From Callorhinchus milii (taxonomy: Eukaryota): 64,000 nucleotides of DNA. Made by a program: the position numbers and the translations under genes. Shown here piece by piece: positions 13,839 to 27,111 of the stretch (within the stretch, counting starts at the first letter, position 1; every line of letters begins with the position of its first letter). Below the pieces are notes generated by a model. It searched no databases. It was not told where the DNA came from and was given only the letters and a program-made list of their open reading frames with translations. The stretch covers positions 1,676,001 through 1,740,000 of the forward strand of contig NW_024704742.1 of assembly GCF_018977255.1 (NCBI RefSeq), written 5' to 3'.

Positions 13839-15544
13839 GGTTGCTCGTACAGCCTTTGGGCGATCATGATGCTTTTGTGGCTATAGCTTACATCGCTCTG
13901 TTTCTCTGTAAGATTGAGATGATAAATCAGTTCTGTTTCAATTTATTTATACGTTGGTGTAGGTTTAATGTTGGAACAGTCAACACAGGTATTTCATGGC
14001 AATGTCACTGGAATGTCATTGAGTGGGTGATGCCAAGCTGGACTTTCCAAACCAATCTCTCTTAAGTGAAACCAAGTGAAGGACCACGTTTTCTCGTGGG
14101 CTCGGTCAGTCTCAATCACCACACATGAGCTCAGGATTCTGTCGCCGGAGAGGAAAAATTTACAGACTGAATTGCGTATTGTGCCGTAAGCCACTCTCGG
14201 ACAATCTTTTTTCGTCGGCCAACAAAATAAATGTTCTTGACTGAATGTTTCTCGATTGATGCCAGAAATATTCAATCAAGAAAAACCTGGAAACGCGGTG
14301 ACAACAAACATTGACAGTTTCCGTAACTATGTCATTCTGACCGTGCGCAACTCTGCTCTGATACAACCTCTACTTCCCCCATGTAATCACGGTTGAGGCA
14401 ACGGGAGTTCGAACAGGATTCCTTCTTTAGAAGTGTCGCAACTTAGACACCGATATGACACTTTGATGGTGAGTTCCCTTTGAGGCTTTAAGGAGCTGGA
14501 CGATTTCTGTTGCAGTCTTTGCAATAATACTTTGCATTGTTGTTTTGAACAGGGTTTCAGCTGCTTGCGCTGTGCATCCAGAGATAAAACGTTCTGCTGC
14601 TGTCATTCAGTAACCGCTGGATAATGCTGTCCTTCAGTTTAGACCAGACAACGTAATCCTGCAGTCCAGAAAGAGTAATCCTCTCAAGAGTTGTAAAATC
14701 GAAGCGGTGTTGTAATCGCCGACGGCAAACCCTCTGCTCTTGAGTGGGTAGAAAGACGATGGTCTGTTTTTTTTCTATTTGCGATTTTGGTCATTTGAAT
14801 CACTTAGAAAAAAAACTTACAGAATTTTTCTTTCCGAAAACTATTCGGTGATCTCCACGCTTAAAAATTCAGGAAGGGTGGCAGGAGTAAACCAATCTCA
14901 TTTAGGGGCCACAGCCCGGTTCCTTTATTGACTTAGCGATTTTGCGCTCGCAGCTGTTACAAGGCATCCAGTGGAGTTGGCAGAAATGATTATTATTATT
15001 AGCAGCTATTACTGTAATGGCAGGAAATGGATTAAATGAATAACTAAACCTTGGCCGCAGTAGGCTGGATAAAATAATTGGGGATGCTTGGCTCAGTTAG
15101 TGGCACTCTTCCCACTGGATCAGATGGTTGTGAGGTTAAATCTCATTGTTGAATATAATAATAATAATAATATGATCTTATAGTCCATTGCAGCACTGGG
15201 GGCAGAGAACACTGCAGTGTCAGAGGCATCATTTATTCGGACGAGACGTCAAACGGAGCCCCTTGTCTGGCTGTTCGAGTGGACGTTAACGGCGTCAATG
15301 GCACTATTGGAAAATGAAAGCCAGTTTCTCCCAACGTACTGGCGGACAATTCCCCCACAAGTGAATTGCTGACTCGCCGCCTGACTGCTTGTGCGACGGC
15401 AAAAGCCATCACGGTGTTTGGCAGCAATTGCCCGCAAAGTGCTTCGAGGTGTTTGAACGCGATAAGACGCTGCGAAGTTGCAAAGCAAACGTCTTCTTTG
15501 TCCACAAATCTTGATCTGGCAAATCTAGCGATCTGGACCTGTTT

Positions 15545-15862
15545 GGGATGGTGCGGTGGACCTCGCGCTCCACCCCTCGGCCTGCGCCCTTGGCTCAGGT
15601 GGCTCAGGCCCTCTGTACGCCCCTCAACTTTTTCGCTCCATCGGCGCAGCCGTGCTTTCAACACACTGCGCCCTGACCCTCTGGAGCTCCCTGCCCCAAT
15701 CCCTCTGCCTTGCCCACCCCCCCACCCCCCTTCTTTGAGCAACTTCAGATCGCACGTAAAGGCCTTCTCCTTTGACTGCGCCTGCAGTCACCGCCATTCT
15801 TGAGCACTCCTGAGACGGGGTACACCCATCAGTGCCACATGTAAATGCAAATATTTGCTGTT
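15545..15862 (+). mobile_element. L2-clade LINE 3' fragment
   Basis: GRAF...LW..LP...F...K..F-type degenerate coding sequence and a TTG-type terminus. Confidence 0.6.
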
Positions 15863-16309
15863 GCGTCTTACAAGGTTGAAAACGAACCTCGTGAATTTAC
15901 TTGTGTGATGACGGTAGAGTTCTTTGGCAAATGTTTCAAGCGCACATTTAGAGCGTTGGATTTAAGAGGAGACAAGTGGTGGGTTTTGTCCAATGCCCAA
16001 TGTGATAGGGTAGAGGGCAGTAATGATATTGCCATTGACAAAGAAGATTTTCATTATCTCAAGGTTTCATTATCACTCTCTTGCTTTCTTCTCTAGTTCT
16101 TGCTTACTCTTTCTCTTGTGTCTCGCGTGCCCTCTGTTGTTCTCTGTTACTTTCTCTCTTTCACTCACTTTTGTTTTCAGTCACTTCGCTTTTCTTTTGC
16201 ATTCCCCTCCTGGCTGTTTGTGGAATATTGCCGTGCACAAATTAGTCACTCTGTTTGCCCACAAAATGCACATCAACTACACGTCACAGTGAAGCACTTA
16301 ACAAAATAT

Positions 16310-16573
16310 ACGGTGAAGTGAATTGACTGTATATTTTGTGGGCGAAAAGCGGCAGCCAATCGCGCGCAGTAATGTCCTACAAACAGTCGTGAATTGAGTG
16401 ACCAAATTATTATTATTATCATTTATATAAATATATATATATATGTGTTTTTGAAGGGATTATTACCTCCCGGAAAAGCGATCCGACAATCGACTAACAA
16501 GCGGGTTCCTGCTTACTGCTGGGTATATAGAGGCGTGTGGAGTAAGGAAATGTGCCTAAGGTTTTGCCCTGCC
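16310..16573 (-). mobile_element. SINE family A, long form, partial; abuts an oppositely oriented SINE fragment at about 16210-16300
   Basis: Body sequence colinear with 12830-13050. Confidence 0.8.
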
Positions 16574-17807
16574 TTATAACCTTTGCGCTGTATTTCTGAG
16601 GTCGACTCATATGCCGGTTCAGAGCTGCTGGTCCATTTGCAGATAAAATGGGTCGGGTGCTAGCAAGCCTCGAGGACTGAAGGGAGCAGTTGGAGGTCTC
16701 GAAGGTGATGCATGAAAAGACTTTTAAAACAAGTCACGTGCCTGCAACCGGTGGGAACCAAGGGAGCGAGAGACTACGCCGGGGTTCATTGAGTAACTGA
16801 CGCTCTTCAGACTGGGACCACAAGGCGCCCATTTTAGCCTTCATTTATTTCCGGCAGACTCTCTTTTCTCCCTCCTGTGCTTTTGTGCAAGTTACGTTTC
16901 TCCACTGGGAGGCGGAATCGTACACGAGATGAATGTTCTGTTGCAAAATTGTCTGCGGAACTTTTTGGTTCTTGAATATAATCGAATATAATAGTAATCC
17001 TTGCATTTGATGCAGATCAAATCGCCTTATCACGTCTTTGAGACGCCTCACGGAATAGACCGTAAAATGAATTGACTGTATATTTTCACAGAAACATAGA
17101 ATTGTACAAAGTTTGGTACAAACTCAATGTCACCTCCTGGTGTTTATACTCTATCCCTCTGGATATAAACACAATACAAAATTACATTTGTATAGCGCCT
17201 TTCAGATCGGGAGGACGTACCAAGGCGCTGAAAGCTCAGGACCCCAAATAAATCATAAAATTCTACATATTGCGGAACGTTGTTAATAAGGCAAACACAG
17301 CGGCTAATGTAGAAAGTAATATTTTCCTTGTCAGAATTCCAATAAAAAAGAATGCAACCGTCTGACAACCTATGGGAATAGTTTCCCGCCTGCAATGTCA
17401 GACGTATAGGTTATTTGGCCTCATATCGCTCAGGGGGTTAATTTCTGGTGAATCAACCCACCTGGGTTATTTAATTTGTCTTACAGACACACTCGAGAAG
17501 GGATCTTGTGATGTGAATAATAAAGAATTGAGGTTTTGGGTTGCGTATGATGAAACATGTCATTGTGCTTTACAGCAATTATTGTCAAGTATAATACTGT
17601 TTGTATAACACAGCCATTGTGTGCACAGCAAACTCGCAACAAACAGCCGAGCAGCGAACGACCATTTAATTTGTTGAATTGTTGTTCCAGCACTCCCGGC
17701 ACATCACCCTTCTCTTTTACTGCGTTGACCTGTAACATCTGCCTGAACGGCCAAACGGGACCTCTGCTTAACATCGCATCCGAAGGATGGTGGTACCTCC
17801 AGCAATT

Positions 17808-18272
17808 TGTGGCTCAGTTGGTCGCACTCTTGCCTCTCGTGTTAGAAGGTTTGGGCTTCGAGCCCCACGTCGGGACTTTGAGCTCACATCGTCTAAGTTG
17901 ATACGGCGCAAGTGGAGCTCTGCATTGTTGGAGCTACCGCCCTCTGGATGAGACGTTGGACCAAGGCCCTTCTTCTGCCTGTTCAGGTGGTTATTAAGGA
18001 TCCAGTGTCTCCCATTCTCCCATAATAATAATAATAATAATAGTAAGATTCTCCCATTGTCCTGTTCAACAAACAATCCCCCGGATAAAATTGGTCACTC
18101 GCTTCAGGGCTCTTTGTGGGACATTGCTCTGTGTAAATTAGCTGCTGTGTTTGCTTTCAAACGCAATGAATGAATGAATGAATCAATAAATAAATAAATA
18201 AATAAATCCTATGAAGCATTTTGAGACTTCACAACCTAATAAGACACGACATCAATTGCACTCTTTATTATT
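17808..18272 (+). mobile_element. SINE family B (Deu-like), full length, diverged
   Basis: Head GGCTCAGTTGGTCGCACTCTTGCCTCT..GGCTTCGAGCCCCAC, Deu-like GGATGAGACGTTGGACCAAGG, shared tail. Confidence 0.8.
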
Positions 18273-18749
18273 GCCCTGGAGGAGTGTCGGTTTTAACAGG
18301 GCGAAAAACGTGTTGCTTCATAGCGTCACGGAACAACGTTTCCAAAAATTACGTCTAGCGGTACCGAGGCTGTTACGACACGTGATGTTTTTCGTGACGA
18401 CGACATGTTTAATTCAGAGCCCACAATTACTCACTCGATAGATCTTTCTCGAGTCGTGAATTATTTTTAAGTTACAATGATAGTTCTCTGATTCTTTTTT
18501 AAAAAAAGGGCTGCTTTTGCTTTGAAATGCAGATCCCCCCGCCCCCCCGTCGGACGAAGCGTGAAGAATTAATTCGAGCCTTGCGCAGGCGAGCGTTAAG
18601 TGTTCGTTTGAGCAGATATTTTAAAAAAAACTTTCAAGTGGTTGTGGGGAAGGGGAGAGAGAGAGAGAGAGAGGAGAGGGAGTCTGGAATGGGATTTAAA
18701 ATGTGTTCAGAGGTAATATTGTTCTTTGACGGTTTAACCATCGTCTGAG

Positions 18750-19480
18750 CCATGTAGTGTTCCCGAACCAATCTCCAGATGCGCTCACGGTGCTGCTCGG
18801 AGATTTAACCCTTGGAATAAACCGAGCGTCTTGCTTCGATGAGTTCCAGGCCTTGTTTGGCTCGCGCCAAAGTAAGCGCTGCCTCGAACCGACTCGGTCA
18901 CAACTTGCCGACCTTCCGTCCTTCCGTAGGCTCTCCCGCCGAAGGGAGTTCCCGGGCTTCCGCCCACCCCAGCTCACCCTCCTGCTCCTTTCCTGCCGCT
19001 TTCGGGATTTGTGGCGGTGAAGGGCAGGTGCTCGCAGCGCGGGGCTGCGTGCGGGAGAGCCGCTGGTAGGGCTGCACGTGCCCGGAGCCATCGTGCAGGA
19101 GCCTGCTTTCCGCACAGCCCTCATGGAAACCCCAGGAGGCTGCGAGTGTGAAGAAAAGTGCCACCGAGGGCAGTGGGAACCACTTAGGAATCAGAGTTAG
19201 CTCTTTGCACCTGTTGTTATCACAAATTTCCTGTGTCGTTTGCCTCAGCGCCGATAAGAGCTTGGCAGCCTCTTGTGCCAGGATGGAAGCTTGTGACAGT
19301 CCAGAGGTACGGCAGATCGCAGCCAGTGCCGCTCCTAAGCAAACGTGTCCCCGAGTTCATTGTTTTGCTGCCACACCGTTTAAGGCTCTGAAGCGAGGCG
19401 TTTTGCCGACTGTTTTCGTTGGTCCTGCTGGATCGCTGCCAGCGGCAGCTGCGAACTCAGTGGAAACCAGCGAGTTGTCA
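18750..19480. promoter_or_regulatory. CpG/GC-rich island-like block
   Basis: GC- and CpG-rich unique sequence. An E2F-like TTTGGCTCGCGCCAAA at 18856-18871 is followed by a donor-like GTAAGC. Confidence 0.35.
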
Positions 19481-19689
19481 GCCTGGCTCGGGCTGTAGTG
19501 TGCTCTCGCCTCCCTGAGTCGGAAGGTTGTGGGTTCATGTGCCCAGGGTCGGGGTTTGCAATTCATGGTCTTAAGCTGACACTCCAATGCAGCGCTGGGA
19601 GGCGTTGGATTGTCGGGAGGTGCTATCCTTCAGCTGAGACGCTAAAGGGAAGTCCCGTCTGCCTGTTCAGGTGAATATATTAACGTTAG

Positions 19690-20087
19690 AAGCCTCTGAG
19701 TTTAGAAGGTTGTGACTTCAAGCCCCACGTCGGGACTTTGAACTCTACGTTGACGCTGTTGAGACGGCTCCGGCGGAGGGCTGCATTGTTGGAGCTGCCG
19801 ATCTTTGGATGAGACGTTAAACCGAGGCCCTTTTGCCCATTCAGGCGGATATGAAGGATCCAGTGTCAGTAGAAAAGGAGAAGGGAGTTTCTCTCTCCCG
19901 GTGTCCCGGCCAACAAACCCTCAGATAAAATTAGTCGTTGACTTGATGGTCGCGTGTGGGGCATTGCCGTGTGCAAACCGGGGCTGCCGCATTGGGGTAC
20001 AAAATACCCAGTCACTACACTTGACTGTAACGTCCTGTGAGACGTGAATGGCGCTGTACCAAAAAGCCAAGGATTATTATTATTATA
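19690..20087 (+). mobile_element. SINE family B (tRNA head, Deu-like central domain, same tail as family A)
   Basis: GGATGAGACGTTAAACCGAGGCC...CCCGGTGTCCCGGCCAAC resembles the DeuSINE central domain; ends CAAGGATTATTATT. A second partial copy precedes it at about 19480-19680. Confidence 0.8.
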
Positions 20088-20499
20088 AGCCTGACAAAAG
20101 TGGTTTGTTCACCCCAGGTTCCCTAGGGCTGCACGAATAGAAGGCACCGTGCCTCAAAAGGTGGGGGCAACACACAAAAAAAATTACGGTGGGAATCAGA
20201 TAAACATTAGATCGAAAACTGCTCAATTGTTAGGACGGCTACTTTTTGCATTGGGCCTGGGTCTGGCCAGGTGTAGCACAAGTCTTTTTATTCCGGGTCT
20301 TTTACGTTGCGAAGTTCCTCTGGCGGGTTTTTGTCACCAGTTCAGTCGAGGCCCTCCTTTGTGAGCTCGCCTTTCCCATTAATCTTCCTGTTGTTATTTT
20401 TATCTTCACCTGTCCAGCCCACTGGAGGTGCTCGTTTCCGCTATCGTTTAATTCAATCGGAATTCCCGCCTATTTCCACATTTCGTCCCACGCTCCGAT

Positions 20500-21175
20500 G
20501 CCCTTTCAGACTCGGCTGAGGACAGCCCCGCTCAGCTCCGCTCAGCCCCTCTCAGCCCCGCTCAGCTCCGCTCAGCTCCCGGAGAGGCAAGAGTCAACAT
20601 CACACTGCCTTTCTCCTCAGCTGGAACTGCAAACCATTTAGAAGCTGAACCACAGTAACCGTATCCCGCGCCGTACGGACCGACAAAGCAATTTTACTGT
20701 GGCCGTTCTGTGCAGGTTTTCCCCGGCCGCGGGTGAAAAATAGGACAGCTCCCGGGAATTGCCGGCCGTGTCTGTTTGCGACTTTAAACGGCACAACTTT
20801 TTAAACGCGCGTTCGTGTCGGAAGTGCTGCCGTTCCCATCTGCGTAATTTCTCTCGTCCCCGCACTGAATTCCACTGTGTATTTGTCTGCTTGAAAGGTT
20901 CGCGAATATTTGTGAGAGTTATTGAAACTCTTAACGCAAAAGGTTTTTTAAGATTTTCTGGGGCGATCTGGCGGCGCTTTCTTCTTGCGCTGCTCTCCGC
21001 GCATCGGGGGGTAGCAGTACGATGCGTGTACCGGCGTTTCTAGTGTCGGTAAAGAACCGACGCTCCCTGCTGGACCTTCGCGAGCGTTCCAAGAAGAGCT
21101 GGTGCAAAAAATGCTCGACAGAGTTTCCAGCACAATTTCCAGAGCTTTGCCGGGGAGAAACCCGCGCAGCGTGGG
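20500..21175 (+). promoter_or_regulatory. CpG-rich block; candidate CCSER1 promoter and non-coding first exon
   Basis: High CpG density, little repeat content, and a strong donor GGG|GTAAGG at 21175/21176, about 6 kb upstream of the coding-exon acceptor. Confidence 0.45.
20523..20580 (+). repeat. 10-bp tandem repeat (CAGCYCCGCT), about 6 copies
   Basis: cagccccgct cagctccgct cagcccctct cagccccgct cagctccgct cagctccc. Confidence 0.85.
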
Positions 21176-21208
21176 GTAAGGCACCCAAGGCTGCCAGCTC
21201 GCTCGCTG

Positions 21209-21276
21209 TTGGGACGTCCTCCTGACGTGAAAGGCGCTTTATAAATGGAATCTTGTTGTTGTTGTTGTTGTTGTTG
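21209..21276 (+). mobile_element. Very short 5'-truncated L2-type 3' terminus with (TTG)n
   Basis: TTGGGACGTCCTCCTGACGTGAAAGGCGCTTTATAAATGGAATC(TTG)n, identical to 42544-42605. Confidence 0.8.
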
Positions 21277-21480
21277 CTGCCGCACAGGCACCGAGTGCCC
21301 ACTGAGCAGCATTGCCTTCAGAGAGCCAAGAGGGGCATTTACTTGCGTTGCCAAGTAAGGATCCTTGCTCCAGCATTCAAAGCTCCGGCTGCGTGTGATC
21401 TGCAATGAAATACTTCTCGTCCAAATTAATCTCTGCCCAAAATCTTTTCACCTTGCTTCCCCCACACCCCCCCCTCCCAC

Positions 21481-21593
21481 CTCTCTCTCTCTCTCTCTCT
21501 CTCCCTGACTTCACATTCCTCGCGGGAAAAAAAACGCATCTCTTTGTCCAGGCTTTTGGCCGGAATCCTTAATTCTTTCTTTCCCTCTACACG

Positions 21594-21633
<40 letters not shown>
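21481..21633 (+). repeat. Two (CT)n microsatellites
   Basis: (CT)n at about 21481-21503 and 21596-21633. Confidence 0.9.
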
Positions 21634-22640
21634 CGTCAAGTCTGTGAGACGTTCAATCTGTAATGGAAGGTCTGTACACACGAAAGTTATTGTTATTGTG
21701 GTCGTGCCTGGCTTCCCTCCAACTTGCCTGCGAGATGGCAATCCTTTGAATGTGTAGTGGGTGGGGAGGGGGAAGGTGGAGAGTGAAGCTCAGCTGTTGA
21801 ATTGCTCTTATTGGTTTGTTTCGAATCTGGGGAAATAAAATGACATGCAAATATTTGTGTTCAAGCCATTTGTCCGGAAGAGCAGCAGTTAGGGTGGTAT
21901 CTGACGAGTATTCTTCTTCAGTGACGGTTTTTACCTTGGTGTGCAAACCTGCAGTATTTCAAAACGGCTTCTTGCGGATTAAATCTAAAATAACAGCGCT
22001 CCTATTGCTGGCACATCACCGCTGCAGATATTAAAGCCACTTGCAAAGCAGGGTTTAGTCTTGATGTCGCACAAAGCTGGTCCGTCTGTCTGAGCCTGCA
22101 GGTAACGAGAAGAATGGCTCAATGGGAGGGATTAATATTTATAGAAAGATCAGAGCCTACGGCAGTTTTCACAAAGCATCTCCCCAGTCTGTAATGGAGT
22201 TAAAATCAGGACAGCTTTCATAAAGAGGCCCGTCACGTTCCATACTGAAACGCGGACCAGGTAACACTTCTGCGCACTCTGGGCAGCGGTTTGCGGTTTT
22301 TGTTTTGTTGCGGGAACCTGGCGCAACACTGAACCCTCAGTGCTTCCCCCCCTTCGCACCAGTTTGTGATCAGAAATTGCGACTTAAGATTCCAATTGTA
22401 TCGGCTGTAGATTTATTGGCAAAATATTTTACTTGAAATTATTACTTTCATTTACGAATTGGTCTGTTTTCTCCCGCCGCTGTTCTCCTCGCCTCTGAAT
22501 GAGCTGATGTACAATTCCTGGGGTGACAGGAGCCTTCCTGTGTCTCTCCCAAGTGTATTTCATGCACTGTCCCAAACAATGAGTTTCAGCAGACTACTTA
22601 CCAATGGGCGGAGGTCAGAGTCCAGTCTGTTTCAGTCATT

Positions 22641-22900
22641 AATAATGATAATCCTTGCATTTGACATAGCGCCTTAGCACGTCTTCGAGACGTCTTAAAG
22701 CGCCTCACAGACTATACCGTGCGGGTGAATTGACTCTAGATTTTGTGGGCGAAACGGGGCAGCCCGTTGCGCACAGCAGCGTCCCACAAACAGTCGTGGA
22801 TTGGGGCGACCAAATTATTACTGTTAATATAATTTTTTTTTTGGAGCATTATTACCCCCGGTGAAGCCATCGCCCACCGATTAACAGCCGGATTAGTACT
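22641..22900 (-). mobile_element. SINE family A, 5'-truncated
   Basis: Tail plus 3' body on the minus strand. Confidence 0.8.
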
Positions 22901-24299
22901 TGACTCGCCTTTTCAAACGCCCTCCTCCTGGCTCTCCCCAACTTAACCGAGCACAGGAGCGGCCCACATGGCTCCCCTGCACTGAATTCCACTCCCCCAT
23001 CTCACTGGTTCTAGCGATGGGTCCCTATCGGCGAACGGATCGATTTCAAAATCCCATGAAGCACTTAGAGACGTGAAGGTGAGCTGGTATTCAAAAGCAA
23101 GGATTATTGTTCATATGATCATCATTGCATTTTCCAATCTTTTGCGAATCCTGCGCCTCTTACAGCCCCTCGTGGAAAAAAAAAGAGAAAAAAATTGATG
23201 CTAATTAAACTATTGTTTTCAGAATCAAGTCAATTCTTCCCAAAATCCGGTGCCTTCGGGATAATTTAATAATAACCGGATAATTTTCTGTAATTTGAAG
23301 ATATATCCTAAATGTTAAAGAAAATTGGCTTTTTTTTTTTAAAAAGCACTTGTTTTACAAATGCTTAGCCTCTGGCTGAGAAGAATGATATCTCCATCAT
23401 GCCACAGTAACCTCAACCGAGTTATAAATGATAGCCATGGGCTGGCCAGTGCGACTGAAGAAAACCTTATTGACAACCGCCACTGACGCAGAGAGGACCG
23501 AGGACGGTAAATGGATGTGAAAGATAAGTTCACGGGGCACGTCTATGGGAATTCCTTGTTTTTAGTTCAGCCCGAGGCATTATTACCGTTCAATTCAGGC
23601 TTCCGCCGCTGCTGCCTGAGATCCGACCACAATTGCTTGCCGTCGTAGCATTTTTAAATACAAGTGACGTTACTTTTCTTCCTGTTTTCTTTGGTGGTGG
23701 GGGGTGGGGGGTGGGGGGGGGGGGGGGGGAGTTCTCACTGGGTCATGATCCCGCAGTGGGTGAGAGGTAGGCCTGATTCCAGCGCTCTCTGTTAGTCACG
23801 GACGCTTTAGTGGACTGTGAGCCGGCCGCAGGTGATGCTATCATCTCCCACTTGGGAAAGAGCCTGACCTCCCGGTCGCTTCCTCCCCCCCCCCCTCCGA
23901 AGAAAGCACAAGTTCAGATGTAAAGTAATGTGGAGCATTGGGAGGGAGCGTGTACTCCTGGTCTCCCAGCCTGTGTGAAGTGAAGTACACCGTAGCGTTA
24001 AACACTCTGCTTCTCCTCTGCTCTTTCCAGATTCTAGTTGCCTGAGCTCTCAGAAAGAATTGTGCGACACGGACGAGGGGTAAATGAGGTTGGCTGAACC
24101 CCATGGTACATGTCCACCCTGACGAGAGAGTTGTTGAGCTCCGGACGTCCTCCCGACGTGAAAAGCGCTATATCAAATGCAAGGATTATTATAATTATTA
24201 TTATTATCTTGAATGTTATCGGTCTTTTGACACTCCACCGCACTGGATAAGCACTGGATTATGGTGACTTCTTAGCCCACTGAATTTATATTTTCGCTT

Positions 24300-24735
24300 G
24301 AGTGTCCAGACTGGCTCAGGTGGTAACACTCTTGAACCTGGGAGTCAAAAGGTTGTGGGTTCAAACCTGGCTTTGGGATTTTGAACAAGTCTAGAGAAGT
24401 CAACCTGACCTGACAACATAAAAGTACTGTACAGATGGAGGTGCCTTTCCTTGTTGGAGATGTCAAACTGAGATCTTGTCTGTCCGCTCAGGTGGGTCAG
24501 TGTTTGAAAAGTGAAGGGAGATTCTCCGTGTGTGCCGCCGGGCGAGTCATTTTTCAGGTAAAATTGGTCGTTCACGCGTAAGATATTGTTCGTAAGATAT
24601 CATTGCGCTTAGATTGGCTGCCACGTTTACCTACAAATACACAGTCATTGAACGTCACAGTGAATCCTGTGTAGTTCTTTGAGACAATCTGAAGACGTGA
24701 TCAGTCACTATCACAAATGAAAAGATTATTATAAT
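24300..24735 (+). mobile_element. SINE family B (Deu-like), full length, diverged
   Basis: Same head, body and tail order as the 17808 copy. Confidence 0.75.
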
Positions 24736-25175
24736 TCTTCCTCTTACTATTATTGTATGCAGTGCTAAAGAACACTGCACTAAATATGGTACCTTCACAC
24801 GACCGATAAGTGGACGATCTGATGGTAATCACGTTAAAAGACCAACAATGATAACCCATTCCATTCACCTTATGTGAACGCGTTAAGGCAACGTTATTAC
24901 GTCACAAATTCTGAACAATTTCGAGTCCCGAAACTGTTCAATTCTTATTGGCTTTAAACTGTGACGTGTGTCCCGGAGAGGCTGGTTGAGCATGGTGTGT
25001 GTAGCTGTACCCACGCACGAGGTAGATAAACTGATCCAGGCTGTAAGCATTGATTTGTTGTGCAGTGCTACTGAAATAGTACAATACAATAAAAGATCAC
25101 CATCTATTGGAAATGCCTCAGCATTGCAGGTTTTTATTTTACTGGGATAAATCAGGCACGCACACATACATTTAA

Positions 25176-25512
25176 TACTACTACTACTAATAATAATAAT
25201 CCTTGCGTTTCATGTAGCGCCCCATCACGTCTTCGAGACGTCTCCAAGCTCTTCACAGAATATACGGTGAAGTGAGATGACTGCGCATTTGTGGGCGAAA
25301 CGCGGCAGCCAATTGCGCAAAGCAGCGTCCCCACAAACAGTCGTGGATTGAAGTGACCGCTTTATTATGGTTTTTTTTCTTGAGGGATTATTATCAGGTG
25401 TGTGTGTGTGTGTTGTGTGTGTGTGGTGAGTGAGGAAACTTGCCCAAGGTTTCGCTCTGACCTGCCAGGAATCGAACTCAGGTCTCTCGCTTGCGAGGCG
25501 AGGGCTCTTGTG
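25176..25512 (-). mobile_element. SINE family A, short form with internal (CA)n expansion
   Basis: Tail, body and partial tRNA head on the minus strand, with a (TG)n tract at about 25398-25425. Confidence 0.85.
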
Positions 25513-26819
25513 CGTAATGAGTGTCAAGTCTGTAGTTGGATGCCGTTTGTACTGTGGTGGCTTGGATCCTCGTTGTCATGGGTCACGTTATAAATGTGGC
25601 CGCCAGTCAGCCCGTCCAACTCGTCAGGTCTTGCTGCGGATGTCAATGGTGACCGTTCCCACAAGCTTTTGCAGCTGTTGCTGAGATGGCAGTCGATGCT
25701 GGGAGATGCTTTCCAATCTCTCCCCCTGCACGGGAAGCTGACCCCTCAGCGCTGGATGACCGATAGATTGCGCCCTTCATACGGGATAGTGTCTTGGAGC
25801 TCCGGGCAATGGCTTAGTTTGTCGCTGAGTCTGAAAACTGAGTACAATGTGGAATAATGGGGTGCCATTGTATGTGCATTTTCTCCCATTCCTCCTATCC
25901 CCTCAAGTTATTTGACTGTTGTCCTTTCACTGGGGTTATGGATTCGCACGTATCCTTCGGTACCTCTCTCTCGGCCGTTGCTCATGTGCGAACCGTGATG
26001 GTGAGCGTTGGAGGGTTTTTGCAATCCCTGGAACAAAGGCTATTGCAGCCTTACATGATACTGTTATCACCCAAAGGGCCATGTGTGAGCACCTTCTATC
26101 AGCGAACAGCTTATCGCTAGCAGAGACCCGAGCTGGTGCTTTCCTCGCTAACCTTAGGGCATCGGAGCCAATTGTAGACTCCAAACTGCTGGCCCTACTG
26201 AGAACATCAGGAGGACGCCTCACAACACATTCCCAGTACCGGCTGGGCACCTGCTGTGGAGGTGGGGTCTGAGAGGGTTGGGAGGGCAAGGTGTCCGAAA
26301 ACTTCCTGGTCGGAGAAAGAGTGGAAGGGAGGAGCGAGTGGGAGAGACTCTGGGATCCGGTTCCAGTTAAATCAGCAGCGGACCGAATCTTAAACGGGAT
26401 TTCTGTTTTTCAAACGTTCCAACATGTTGAATGACGTGGAATTTTTAGGAGACTGAAACAAGCCGTTTGGCTCAACTCCGCTCTACGTGTTGTCTTCTCT
26501 CTCTTGTGCGCGCGTCAAGTTTTCCTCTTAAAGTCGGGCAATGAGTACTCCTTCTGACACCCGAAGCGTGATGAGCTGACCTGCTGGCCTCCTCCGCGCT
26601 TCAAGGCAATCCATCTCCAGAGAGGAATTTCTTGTTGGTCGCGGGAATTCTAAAGGAAAGAAACCTGTGAACGAATCGGGGGGAGGGGAGGGGGAACGGA
26701 GAGGAAAAGTACTGAACAGCATTTTAAGTTGATTACAGGTTTTAACGCTGAAAATAACTCCTTTCACCTGCCTGACGGGGTAACGGGTCAACCCCCTTCG
26801 ATATCACCTGTAGCCTCCC

Positions 26820-27061
26820 ACGCCTCCCGGTTCTCTTTCCTTTTCCTCCTCTGAACTTTTCCTTTCTTCTCCCTTCCTCCTCTCCTCTATCTTCTCTTCT
26901 CCTCTCCTCTCCTCTCCACGCAGTCGTCAGGCAAGCGCTCGCTGCATTAACTTAACGCCTCTCGCTCTCTCTCTCTCGCTCTCTCTCGCTCTCTCTCTCA
27001 CTCGCTCTCTCTCGCTCCCTCTCTCCCTCTCTCTCTCTCTCCTCTCACTTTCTCTCTCTCT
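26820..27061 (+). repeat. Long polypyrimidine / (CT)n microsatellite
   Basis: About 240 nt of mostly C/T sequence including (CT)n with interspersed CG, ending 50 nt before the CCSER1 acceptor. Confidence 0.95.
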
Positions 27062-27111
27062 TGACGCCATAGTTTCTAAGATTGCCTTCCCGTTTCCTCT
27101 ATTCCCTACAG

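Noticed and set aside
25560..25720. Possible very old CR1-like RT fragment on the minus strand (QQDL...WAD.W..TF-like)
   Set aside because: Too degenerate to support by eye.
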